A stretch of DNA of 64,000 bases, taken from positions 62,001-126,000 of the forward strand of contig JAQOWU010000001.1 of assembly GCA_030867685.1 (NCBI GenBank), written 5' to 3'. Positions 9,994-20,098 of the stretch are shown piece by piece; positions within the stretch are counted from its first letter, which is position 1; each line of letters opens with the position of its first letter. The DNA comes from Wickerhamiella versatilis. Its lineage: Eukaryota. Below the pieces are notes generated by a model. That model was not told the DNA's origin. It was given only the letters and a program-made list of their open reading frames with translations, and ran no database searches. A program made the position numbers and the translations under genes.

Positions 9994-11475
9994 ATGCAGT
10001 GTTTTGCGCCCGTGTTTCAATCGGATTTACCCCCACCAAAGCCATGTAGCGACCTTTTATTTTCGCCTTTGTTGTCACCTCACAATTTGCTGTATGACGG
10101 GGCTCCCGACGTTGTCAGTAGATACCCCTACCCACAGCGAGTCCCAATAGAAACAACCCTGACCTTGGACCGACGCGTCCAAGCTCGCATCACGCAAAAC
10201 TCTGAGATGGACACCGTGCTAGCGGATGTTGTGCCGCGCCAGTTTGCTGTAAAATTATTGTATACTTTCGATGCAGCACTGGAACACAAATTCTTAGCTA
10301 GACCAGCCGGTGGTCTCGAGGCGCGTATAGATGAGGAAGCTGGCCTTGGGCTTGTGGAAGTTTCGCAATGTGTTGAAGCGGTTCTAGAAACATCACCTGA
10401 GCTCAGCCAACTTGTTAGATCCTCTGATGTTGCAGTTTATTCGCGTGATTTTGCTGAGGAGGATGCCCCACTAATGACCCATGGACGTCTGTCTGATCTC
10501 ACAGCTGTGAGTGGTCACGCAGCATTTGCTATTGGAAAAATTTGTAAATCACGTCTTTGGAGCGATCAATTGGAGATACAGCTGCATTTTGCACGTCTTG
10601 AAGAGCGCAAACGACCTCGTCATGATCATGATCAGCTGCAAGCAGACTACCCTGCAAAAAGGATATCCATGTTCCCACCCTCATCACCTCCACCACCCCC
10701 ATCCACCCGAACACAATTGGCAGGCCATCCTCATATTGGTGGAGGACCTACCTCAACACGACTTTTTGCTGCCGGTAAGTCCCAGTCAGTCCAAGCCCCC
10801 TTACAACTATCGGTAGACCTAGCTCCAGAGGAACTCGGGGCTATAAACGTGCCACAGCGCGAATCAAGCTGTTTGCAATTAAGAGGGGCTAAAAACCGAC
10901 ATCGTTTATTGCAAAGTCTCCAAGATGGCGAGGTGCCTCAGTACTGCGCCAACTGCGGGGCTGTCCGGACATCAACTTGGCGAAGATCTGAAATTCGTGG
11001 GGCTATGTTGACCCTCTGTAATGCATGTGGAATTTACTTCCGCACTAAAGGAGTCATGAGACCCGAGAAGCTTTGGGATAAACCCGAGCGTACAAAAGAA
11101 GCAACGCCAAAATCACCCAAAGACACGGATTCTAGTAATGACCAAGACTCACCAGAACCAGCGTCAGACCCTCCATCGCTGGATCCACCATCTTTAACCA
11201 CGCCATCGTCTCCGCAAAATCAGGAGTCCAGTAGTGATATGACGATTCCATCCACGCCGCCGAGGCAAAGCAGGAACAAGGAAAACGTCCCTCCTTCAGA
11301 GAAAACACCTAATTCAGTGCGCAAATTTATGCATCAGTTCGTATTTCCGGCATCTGATTCCTTGGATATATTCCTGGCCACTCCAACGAGAAAACCGCAA
11401 TCGTCGCATCTATCGTCTTCACCGCCTCCGAGTAACCGTTTAGGTCATTTTGGTGAACATATATCCCTTGATTAA
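9994..11475 (+). CDS. Ams2/Spt21-family protein: Ams2_SPT21 N-terminal domain plus GATA zinc finger
   Basis: VKLLYTFD...KFLAR...SPEL...VYSRDF N-terminal domain; GATA finger CANCGAVRTSTWRR...LCNACGIYF; S/P-rich tail containing KEN. First ATG at 9994. Confidence 0.8.
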   Translation: MQCFAPVFQSDLPPPKPCSDLLFSPLLSPHNLLYDGAPDVVSRYPYPQRVPIETTLTLDRRVQARITQNSEMDTVLADVVPRQFAVKLLYTFDAALEHKFLARPAGGLEARIDEEAGLGLVEVSQCVEAVLETSPELSQLVRSSDVAVYSRDFAEEDAPLMTHGRLSDLTAVSGHAAFAIGKICKSRLWSDQLEIQLHFARLEERKRPRHDHDQLQADYPAKRISMFPPSSPPPPPSTRTQLAGHPHIGGGPTSTRLFAAGKSQSVQAPLQLSVDLAPEELGAINVPQRESSCLQLRGAKNRHRLLQSLQDGEVPQYCANCGAVRTSTWRRSEIRGAMLTLCNACGIYFRTKGVMRPEKLWDKPERTKEATPKSPKDTDSSNDQDSPEPASDPPSLDPPSLTTPSSPQNQESSSDMTIPSTPPRQSRNKENVPPSEKTPNSVRKFMHQFVFPASDSLDIFLATPTRKPQSSHLSSSPPPSNRLGHFGEHISLD

Positions 11476-11618
11476 CTTATTTACCTATCTAGAGAAAAAA
11501 AAATTGATTTTCGAATAGACATAGCCTGGGGATGTAATGGCGATGCAACCATAATTGCAGCCTCGATACCCTTGCCTTAATACCTTACTTCATCATTACA
11601 TACGTCCTTTCCTATCGT

Positions 11619-14600
11619 ATGTCCTATCCCCAATTCAATCGAAATCCACAGGCAAAAAAGATAGAGAATCTCTATCTCGGCCGAATTCGTCAATTTACCG
11701 ACAATGGTGGCCAGTATCATGACCTGAACCTTTCAGCTCACTATGATCGGGTGAGGTCTGGTGAAGGTGTCAATCTCGAGGTTTGGTCGGTCCCAGATCA
11801 ACAAAGACCGCTATTTAAGGAGGCAATGTCTGCTGCTAAGTGGAGTCCAACCCAAATAGGTGAAAATTTCGGTCCTTCTTGGTCAACACATTGGTTCAAG
11901 GTGGTCATTCGGGTCCCAGCTGTCTGGGCAACCGAATTTAAGGAGAAGCCATTGTTTGACTTTGACTCAAGTGATGAGGGATTTATTTATCTCGAGGATG
12001 GTACTCCGGTGGTTGGCCTTAGTGGTGAGCATAGCCGTACTGAGTGGATCCTACCCTCACAGTGGATCGATGGGGAGGAGCACACTTTCTACATCGAGAC
12101 AGCATGCAATAATATAACAGGAAATGGGTCCCCACCAGATCCAAACCGAACATTTCGTTTAAATCGGGCCGATTTAGTCGTGCCCAACCAGTTAGCCCGG
12201 GCCCTAAACATCGACTTTTGGATAATTGGAGATGCCGCTCGCGAGTTCCCAACTTCGAGCTGGCAACGGCACCATGCACGGAGAATTTTAAATCGTATTA
12301 TCAATACGTTCGATGGAACCGATAAGGGGATTGCGCGAGGCAGGGAGATCGCCCAGGAGTACATTGGTATAGTGGATACTCCTGGCATATTCAACCACAA
12401 TGACGATACACAGGGACTTGTTTATGCAGTAGGCAATTGTCATATTGATACTGCTTGGCTTTGGCCCTATGCAGAGACTCGGCGAAAAATTGCCAGGTCG
12501 TGGGCATCACAGGTGGACTTGCTCGAGAGATACCCAGAGTATGTCTTCGCCGCAAGCCAAGCAGTTCAATTTCAATGGCTTAAGGAGGATTATCCAGGAT
12601 TATTTTCTCGGGTTAAGAAGGCTATAAGCCGTGGCCGATTCGTGCCAATTGGCGGTTCTTGGGTCGAGTGTGACACGAATATGCCAGGCGGCGAAGCCTT
12701 GGCGCGACAAATGATCCTGGGTCAGAGATTTTTTGAACAAGAGTTTGGGGTGAGATCCGAAGTGTTCTGGCTACCGGACACATTTGGATATAGTCCTCAG
12801 CTTCCGCAGATTTGCAGGCTGGCCGGGATGCAGTATTTCTTGACACAGAAGCTGAGCTGGAATAATATCAATGTTTTTCCACATAGCACCTTCAACTGGG
12901 TTGGTATCGACACTTCTCAAGTTATCTGTCACATGCCACCAGCAAATACCTACACGGCACAGGCACACTTCGGCGACGTTAAAAGGTCATTGGAACAACA
13001 CAAAAATTTGGATGCGGACCATCATAGCTTGATGCTTTATGGCCACGGAGATGGTGGTGGAGGACCCACCGCAGAAATGATTGAGAAGCTTCGAAGATGC
13101 CGTGGCCTTTCGGACACCGTTGATATGCTGCCCAGTGTCAGACAAGGACAAACCCCTAACGGATTTTTCGCAAAGGTTCTTGAAGCCACTGATGGTGGAT
13201 CCACCCTCCCATCGTGGGTGGGTGAGCTTTATCTCGAATACCACAGAGGAACTTATACAACGCAGGCAGCCATTAAATGGGGTAATCGGCGTTGTGAAGC
13301 CTTGCTCTATGATCTGGAGATGCTAGCCACAGCAGCATCCCTAGTATCACCGAAGAAGTATTTGTATCCATTTGAGGAAATTGATCACCTTTGGGAGCTT
13401 GTATGTCTCAATCAATTCCACGATGTTCTTCCTGGCTCAGGTATTCAAATGATATATGAGGATGCCCGAAGGATTCATAGAGATGTGCTTGTAAAGGGAG
13501 AAGAGCTGGCAAAAGATGCACTATATGCCCTTGGATACGGTCCTGGTGAGGATAACCTGTGGATGGTCGATCAATTGCCGCAGGACATAGCTAAAATTAC
13601 AGCCCATAGACAGGATGAAAAGGCATATCTCGAAAATAGCTATCTCAAGGTCTCATTCACAGACGGGAAGCTGGAGAGTATATATGACAAGAAAGCCGAC
13701 CGCGAGGTTTTGACTGGCACAGGTAATCAGCTGTTCCTGTTGGAGGACCAGCCAATGAATTTCCCCGCATGGGATACCGAGCAATATGCAACTGAGAAGC
13801 GTCGCAATCTTCACCCTGTGGACTGGAAGAGCACTAGCACAACGGTAGAGACGTGGTACAAATTCAGCAAATCTCAATTGCAGCAAACAATCAAGCTCAA
13901 TGGTGAAGTGGTCGAAGTCGAGACGAAGGTTGACTGGCACGAGACATATCAATTCCTAAAGGTGGAGTTCCCGGTAGATGTTATCAGCGACCATGCATCG
14001 TATGAAACACAGTTTGGCTTCCATCGTCGACCAACCCACTACAATACCTCTTGGGATGCGGCAAAGTTCGAGGTTTGTGCGCATCGCTTTGCGGATCTTA
14101 GTGACTGGGAATATGGTGTTGCGTTGTTGAATGACTGCAAATATGGATATTTGGTCCATGGATCAACCCTCCAACTTAGCCTTCTCCGTGCACCTAAGTC
14201 GCCAGATGCCACAGCTGATATGGGCACGCATACTTTCAAATACGGACTCCTGCCCCATCGTGGTCCTCTAAGTCCTCATGTTGTAAAAGCCGCTCGCTTT
14301 TTTAGCCACCAGCCCCGGAGGGTACGTGGAAGTGGAATCTCACCACATGTTGTGCGATTACAGGGCAGCCCGGCAATCTTCATTTCTGCGGTTAAGCGTG
14401 CAGATGGAGACCGTAGTTCTGACAGTAAAAGTATTGTTGTTCGAGTCTACGAGTCTATGGGTGGAAGAGCCAAAGGAAAGCTGACATCTCGGTTGCCTGT
14501 GAAGAGAGCGAAACAGGTCAGTTTACTAGAGGACGAATTGAGAGATACAGACGTTTTAACAGACGCTAACGGTGAAGATACTATTGAGATTTCCCTAAGG

Positions 14601-14639
14601 CCCTTCGAAGTACAGACATGGCTGCTAACATTGCAGTAA
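11619..14639 (+). CDS. AMS1: Vacuolar alpha-mannosidase, GH38
   Basis: GNCHIDTAWLWP, WLPDTFGYS, GHGDGGGGPT, LNQFHDVLPGS. Confidence 0.97.
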   Translation: MSYPQFNRNPQAKKIENLYLGRIRQFTDNGGQYHDLNLSAHYDRVRSGEGVNLEVWSVPDQQRPLFKEAMSAAKWSPTQIGENFGPSWSTHWFKVVIRVPAVWATEFKEKPLFDFDSSDEGFIYLEDGTPVVGLSGEHSRTEWILPSQWIDGEEHTFYIETACNNITGNGSPPDPNRTFRLNRADLVVPNQLARALNIDFWIIGDAAREFPTSSWQRHHARRILNRIINTFDGTDKGIARGREIAQEYIGIVDTPGIFNHNDDTQGLVYAVGNCHIDTAWLWPYAETRRKIARSWASQVDLLERYPEYVFAASQAVQFQWLKEDYPGLFSRVKKAISRGRFVPIGGSWVECDTNMPGGEALARQMILGQRFFEQEFGVRSEVFWLPDTFGYSPQLPQICRLAGMQYFLTQKLSWNNINVFPHSTFNWVGIDTSQVICHMPPANTYTAQAHFGDVKRSLEQHKNLDADHHSLMLYGHGDGGGGPTAEMIEKLRRCRGLSDTVDMLPSVRQGQTPNGFFAKVLEATDGGSTLPSWVGELYLEYHRGTYTTQAAIKWGNRRCEALLYDLEMLATAASLVSPKKYLYPFEEIDHLWELVCLNQFHDVLPGSGIQMIYEDARRIHRDVLVKGEELAKDALYALGYGPGEDNLWMVDQLPQDIAKITAHRQDEKAYLENSYLKVSFTDGKLESIYDKKADREVLTGTGNQLFLLEDQPMNFPAWDTEQYATEKRRNLHPVDWKSTSTTVETWYKFSKSQLQQTIKLNGEVVEVETKVDWHETYQFLKVEFPVDVISDHASYETQFGFHRRPTHYNTSWDAAKFEVCAHRFADLSDWEYGVALLNDCKYGYLVHGSTLQLSLLRAPKSPDATADMGTHTFKYGLLPHRGPLSPHVVKAARFFSHQPRRVRGSGISPHVVRLQGSPAIFISAVKRADGDRSSDSKSIVVRVYESMGGRAKGKLTSRLPVKRAKQVSLLEDELRDTDVLTDANGEDTIEISLRPFEVQTWLLTLQ

Positions 14640-14705
14640 GATACAAATAAATAAGTAAGTTAGTATACAATGTTATTACATAATACCATCACGCTGTTGT
14701 GATGA

Positions 14706-15755
14706 ATGGCGGCAGAATATGAGGAAGGAGACAAATATCTGGTAACATTGCGGACGCCAAGACTTCGCTATGAAGTTGCACACATACTTGGTGACACGGA
14801 AATTCCATTCATGGGAGTCTTACAGGGCGAGAATGCTGATACAAGGGATACATGTCCAACCAGACGTGTCCACGAGCTTTACACGCGTTTTGGCCCCCAT
14901 GTGGACCCAGAGAGGGGCGGAATAAAGGAGGTTGTAATTGGGGGTACGTCAATGCCTACAAAGTATGCGAGTCCTTTTCCAGCAGAAGTGGCCAGGGAGC
15001 ACACAATCGCTATTTGTGATAAATGTTTGGAATACTTCACCTCGGAATTCGTGCTTTCGCGACACAGTGATAAGTGCATACAGAGCCATCCGCCTGGTCG
15101 AGAGATATACCGCGATGACAATTTGTCCATGTGGGAAGTCGACGGTTGCGTTGCGTCACTGTACTGCCAAAGTCTTTGTCTATTGGCAAAGCTCTTTCTC
15201 GATTCCAAGTCTGTATTTAATGATGTTGAGCCCTTTATGTTTTACGTAGCAACCCGAGAAGATCATGATGGTGCCCATTTTGTGGGATATTTCAGCAAAC
15301 AAAAAATATTTGCCAGTGTTGAACCGGCACAGCATCCAATCATGAATGTGTCGTGTATAATGGCTTTACCTGCAGCTCAAGGGCGTGGCTGGGGACAGTT
15401 CCTAATATCCTTTTCATACCTTCTAACTCGTAGACAGCAGACAACAGGAACACCTGAGCGGCCACTAAGCCGTCTAGGCCTGCTTGCCTATGAAAACTAC
15501 TGGCGGTTGCAGATGTGCTATTCTCTATCCAAAGGCGATAAGGCAATTTCGATAAAAGCACTTAGTGCGTCTACCGGTATGACCCCAGATGATTGTGTGT
15601 ATGCGCTTGAACTGCTTGGGTGGTTCAGGCCTGAATTTGGTGGTATCGTTGTTGACTGGCGGGACCTGGAACGCCGTATCAAGGTTTGGGAAGCACGAAA
15701 GCCTGTATTGGTTAAAGAGAATCTGCTTATTTGGGCACCTCAACCTGCCTGGTAA
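14706..15755 (+). CDS. MYST histone acetyltransferase, short Sas3-like form
   Basis: C2HC finger CDKCLEY...RH, HPPGREIYRD, CQSLCLLAKLFLDSK, acetyl-CoA loop QGRGWG, catalytic GTPERPLS. Confidence 0.85.
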   Translation: MAAEYEEGDKYLVTLRTPRLRYEVAHILGDTEIPFMGVLQGENADTRDTCPTRRVHELYTRFGPHVDPERGGIKEVVIGGTSMPTKYASPFPAEVAREHTIAICDKCLEYFTSEFVLSRHSDKCIQSHPPGREIYRDDNLSMWEVDGCVASLYCQSLCLLAKLFLDSKSVFNDVEPFMFYVATREDHDGAHFVGYFSKQKIFASVEPAQHPIMNVSCIMALPAAQGRGWGQFLISFSYLLTRRQQTTGTPERPLSRLGLLAYENYWRLQMCYSLSKGDKAISIKALSASTGMTPDDCVYALELLGWFRPEFGGIVVDWRDLERRIKVWEARKPVLVKENLLIWAPQPAW

Positions 15756-15851
15756 TAAAAAAAATACAATGGTTTATGTACAACTAATAATTAATATTCT
15801 TCTATGAAGTACAACGGTGACTATTATTAATAATAAGAATCTATCCAAAAA

Positions 15852-16307
15852 ATGGCCGACCAAGACATCAAGTATCTGAAGATTGCCTTGGAGGAGGCAA
15901 AAAAGAGTGCAGCGACTGGTGGAGTGCCGATTGGTGCGGTTCTCGTAGCTGCCAATGGTACAATTCTCGGTCAAGGCTACAATCAGCGTGTTCAGAAACA
16001 ATCTGCGATATTGCATGCGGAGACTTCTGCATTAGAGAATGCCGGAAGACTACCGGCAACCGCTTACAAGGGTGCCACAATGTACACTACTCTCAGTCCG
16101 TGTGATATGTGCACAGGGGCGTGTCTACTTTATGGTATTCCACGGGTCGTCATTGGGGAGAATCGCACATTTGTCGGAGGCGAGGCGCAACTCAAGAATC
16201 GTGAGGTGGAGTTAGTGAATATAGATGATTCTGAATGCTATGAAGTAATGCAAAAATTCATTCGAGAAAGCCCTCAGATCTGGAACGAGGATATTGGAGT
16301 GGAGTAA
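15852..16307 (+). CDS. FCY1: Cytosine deaminase
   Basis: GGVPIG, HAE and SPCDMC zinc motifs, C-terminal WNEDIG. Confidence 0.95.
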   Translation: MADQDIKYLKIALEEAKKSAATGGVPIGAVLVAANGTILGQGYNQRVQKQSAILHAETSALENAGRLPATAYKGATMYTTLSPCDMCTGACLLYGIPRVVIGENRTFVGGEAQLKNREVELVNIDDSECYEVMQKFIRESPQIWNEDIGVE

Positions 16308-16765
16308 TAAACCACTTAGTACCATGTGAGCTTATTGAAACCGGAGAGTAAGACGTAAATTACATTTTTTTTTCCTGAGGGTGTATCCGTATGTGCTTGT
16401 ACGTTAAAGAATACATAATGATTAAGAGGTCGGGGTGTAAGATAAGTGATGATCAGAACGTTTAATAGTGAAATCCACTGGTATTATTACCTTTGGCATC
16501 TTCGAAGACTTAGAAGCTAATCTTATATATGTAAGGTTGTCGTGGTGACAACAGCGTCGATGCTCTAAAAAAAGTCGATTCCTCAGATGATGATCCCCAC
16601 CAATTTCCATTTGCTAGTAACTATAATTTGAACCAATTTTTTCCGCAAAACCCTTTTTCACCCGTAGAATATCTAGGATTGCAAATTCGGGCAATTGCTG
16701 CTTAGCTTACAGACTTAAATAATAGATGCTGACTGAGCTTACGACTCAGATATCGTCATAACGCC

Positions 16766-18019
16766 ATGAATCATGGTCCGCCATCGGACGGAGGAGGTGG
16801 CGAAGATGAGCAGCAAACAGGAAATGGTCGCCACTTTGCACCTCCTCTGAGGTTCTATTCTATAATGATTAATGCGCATCCGATCCATGGGGAGGGAGGT
16901 GAATCGGAACAACCCCTGGAAGGTAGGTCCGTCGTGCACATTTTCTTTGAGCGAAATGCTTTCGACGACATCAACTTCCGTAAGGCTAGTGCACGTGCTG
17001 TTCGTAGCTTGAAGCGAGTTCCCCTCGATCAAGTACAACAGTCCGACCGTGAATGTACAATATGCTATGAGCCTTTAACCGAGTGGGACGGGGTTGAGCG
17101 ACGCCCACAACCTGAGGAACAGGATGACAATCAAAACAACGCCAATGAAGGAGAAACTAACCAATCTGGGGAGGAGTCTATTGATGATCACTCACCTGTG
17201 GAAATGCCATGCGGCCATATATTCGGCATGAGCTGCCTTAGGGGATGGCTTAAGACAGCAAAATCATGCCCACTGTGCAGAAGAAAGGTTGAATCTCGTG
17301 GCGAATATCTCCAGATTCACGATACCCATAATCATGGTGGTGAAGAAGGAACCCCTGAGCCATTCCGTAATGAAGGGACCCAGAACACATTTGATCCAGC
17401 ACAAATGTCACCGGACTTCAGATCGCTGCGCGAAATGCAATGGGGATCCATCAGAAGACAAATCCAGGAAATGCCTGAGGATCAGCTGCCTCCAGTATTG
17501 AGGCAGTTTTTGGCTCGACAACACCAGGGCCAAGGAGAGCAAAATGGTGATCAACCTAGAAGTGAGAATGCGCAGGATGAAGGGGCTGAGACCACTGCAG
17601 GCCAGGATGGACAGAACCAGGATGAAACTGGTGCCAACTTCAGTGGAATGGGAGAACAACCCGAAATCGAGATGCAGATGCCGCCACCTTTCTTGCGAGG
17701 AATTATTCCGATTATGGTGCAGCAGGTCAGGGAAGCACTTGAGAGAAGCGGTCAGCCTGGAAGGCCATTCAGGTTCTCACCTTCGCCATCACCTGTGCCA
17801 TCGCCTGTCCCATCACCCTCACCTGCTTCCTCAACTTCACCAGAACAGCCATTACAGCCACAACAACAAGAGGAGAGTTCAGCCGCGCCGTCTGATTCTG
17901 AAAACACTGCCACAGATCGTTTTGATAGCAGTCAGGCCCAACATCCTGGTGATGAGCGTCGTCGTGGTCCTGAACGCCAGACACTCAGGCGTAGACATCC
18001 TTATACGCGGCCGTCATGA
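16766..18019 (+). CDS. SAN1: San1-like RING ubiquitin ligase
   Basis: RING split by an acidic insertion (CTICYE...HSPVEMPCGHIFGMSCLRGWL...CPLCR), disordered flanks, C-terminal RRRHPY (PY-NLS-like). Confidence 0.75.
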   Translation: MNHGPPSDGGGGEDEQQTGNGRHFAPPLRFYSIMINAHPIHGEGGESEQPLEGRSVVHIFFERNAFDDINFRKASARAVRSLKRVPLDQVQQSDRECTICYEPLTEWDGVERRPQPEEQDDNQNNANEGETNQSGEESIDDHSPVEMPCGHIFGMSCLRGWLKTAKSCPLCRRKVESRGEYLQIHDTHNHGGEEGTPEPFRNEGTQNTFDPAQMSPDFRSLREMQWGSIRRQIQEMPEDQLPPVLRQFLARQHQGQGEQNGDQPRSENAQDEGAETTAGQDGQNQDETGANFSGMGEQPEIEMQMPPPFLRGIIPIMVQQVREALERSGQPGRPFRFSPSPSPVPSPVPSPSPASSTSPEQPLQPQQQEESSAAPSDSENTATDRFDSSQAQHPGDERRRGPERQTLRRRHPYTRPS

Positions 18020-18299
18020 ATTATACTCTCAATTTATTTAACTGCATAGTGTATATTGCTACAAAATACCACAAATTGCCTTTATCAAATGTGTTAGAAT
18101 GTCACAAACAGAAAATGCTCCAGTGTAGCTTAGTGCGACACAACCCATAGGCTTTGAAAAGTATATGAATACTAGAAATTAGATTTTATATCGATATGCA
18201 ACCCACTTGCTCTGTGGCTTTTGTGATTTCACCGCTAGTTGTCGCCACTTCTCTTTTTGAAGGAGGGGAGGCGTTACTCTCTGTATTAATAATCAGTAA

Positions 18300-19565
18300 A
18301 TGGGCCAGATCCTTTCCAAGCCGGTCACGGAAAAGGTAAGTCTTTAGCCTCGTCCTAGAGATGCATTTATATTGCAACAGTCACTAACATATCAGGCCAC
18401 AGAAAGCGGTGAAGATGATGACCTCACCTATGGCGTTTCGTCAATGCAGGGTTGGCGGGTGTCGATGGAAGACGCGCATAGCGCAGTGCTGAAACTGCCT
18501 GGTGACCACAAAGCAGCTTTCTTTGCTGTTTTTGATGGGCATGGCGGCGAAAAAACAGCACAGTTTGCCGGTGAACGCACGTACGATCTTGTTGCTTCCT
18601 CTGAAGCTTTTGTAGAGCAAGACTATGCGCTTGCATTGCAAACAGGATTTCTTGCCACGGACAAAGCCATGATGGAAACAAGCGATGATTCCTCAGACAC
18701 CAGTGGCTGTGCTGCAACTGCTGCAATTGTGACACCTCAGAAGGTCACGTGTGCAAATGCTGGTGATAGCCGCACGGTGCTGGGTAGGCTTGGAACGGCA
18801 AAACCCCTCAGTTTCGACCACAAGCCTGACAACGAAGGTGAGCGCTCAAGGATATGTTCTGCTGGGGGCTTTGTCGACATGGGTAGGGTGAACGGAAATC
18901 TTGCCCTGTCTCGGGCCCTTGGTGATTTTAACTTCAAGCGCTCGAATGGTCTTGCACCCGAGCAGCAGGTGGTTACTGCATATCCAGACATTATAGAACA
19001 CGCCCTTGACGAAAAAGATGAGTTTCTCATTCTTGCCTGTGATGGTATCTGGGATTGTATGACCTCTCAAGAGGTCGTGGAATTTGTCCGCAGAGGCATC
19101 GCAGACAAGTTGTCACTCCCAGATATTTGTGAACTCTTAATGGAGGAATGCCTTGCTCCGGTAAGTGATATGTCCGGCGTTGGCTGTGATAATATGACCG
19201 TCTGCATTGTCGCTCTACTTCAGGGCAAGACAAAAGATGAGTGGTACAACGCCATAGCAAGCCGTGTTGAGCGTGGAGAAGGTCCTGTAGCGCAGCAGAC
19301 TTCGGAAGAAATCCGCACGCGGCACTCTCAGCGTCAGGCAGTTGACGCAGGAAGCGAAGACGAGGAGGTGGAACCTACCCCATCTCAGCTTATGATTCAA
19401 CAAATCTTTGGTGGTGGGGATGGTGTTCCACACCTCGACCCTGAAGCGACCTCCTTGCTCTCTCGCATTGGTATACGTTTCAACATGCATCCGCAAAATG
19501 CAGACGATGATGAGGTCGCGGAAGTTCACGAGGCTGCGGAAGTTCATGAGGCTGAGGGTGAGTAG
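18300..19565 (+). CDS. PTC2: Protein phosphatase 2C (Ptc2/Ptc3); exons 18300-18335 and 18396-19565
   Basis: Splicing restores the conserved MGQILSKPVTEK-ATESG start; MQGWRVSMEDAH, FDGHGG, LACDGIWD, GCDNMT. Confidence 0.93.
18336..18395 (+). other. Spliceosomal intron, 60 nt, phase 0
   Basis: GTAAGT donor, CACTAAC branch site 18382-18388, CAG acceptor; contains an in-frame TAG. Confidence 0.92.
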
Positions 19566-19919
19566 CTCTTTTGTAAAGGTATTAATAGTTTGTAGTGATT
19601 ATTGCAATGAGCGATTTGACTGAATCAGTCAGTATCTGTATCTGGCATCAAATTTTCGCAAATATATATAGTGGGCTATCGCAAATTAAAGCAGTATGTG
19701 CTGCGTATGGTAACACTCATTTAGTGCTTACGGGAAACTACAAAAGGTTCCGGGTCAAATAGAACAAATTTACTCTACTTCTTCTGCACAATTACATTTC
19801 CAGCCCTGAAGCAAATAGAAAATGGCCGTTATGTGGATTAATTAGACTTAGACATGCATGTCGTAGTTAATCTTTGTCATGAGATGAGCATATGTCAACG
19901 AAGGCAAAAAGATATGGTG

Positions 19920-20000
19920 TGGATCGGATGGGATTCGAACCCGGCATCTCATCCCCTTAAGGACAAGAAGGGTATGTAATATCCACTACGCCACTCACTC
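19920..20000 (-). pseudogene. Degenerate tRNA copy derived from the adjacent tRNA-Ala
   Basis: GAGTGAGTGGCGTAG matches the tRNA-Ala 5' end at 13/15; identical CCGGGTTCGAATCCC; ends ATCCA. Acceptor stem is broken and the anticodon arm is expanded. Confidence 0.75.
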
Positions 20001-20025
20001 GCGTACCAGAAGTACAAAAAAGCAA

Positions 20026-20098
20026 TGGATGAGACGGGATTCGAACCCGGGACCTTATCCTTGCGAAGGATACGTGATACCACCTACACCACTCACCC
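20026..20098 (-). tRNA. tRNA-Ala(CGC)
   Basis: 73 nt; acceptor GGGTGAG/CTCATCC with G3:U70; anticodon arm TATCC-TTCGCAA-GGATA; TTCGAAT T-loop (one C:U mismatch at the base of the T stem); T6 run at 20021-20016. Confidence 0.9.

Noticed and set aside
16308-16765. C/D-box-like words and splice-like signals upstream of SAN1
   Set aside because: No properly spaced C and D pair with a terminal stem; splice signals are non-consensus.
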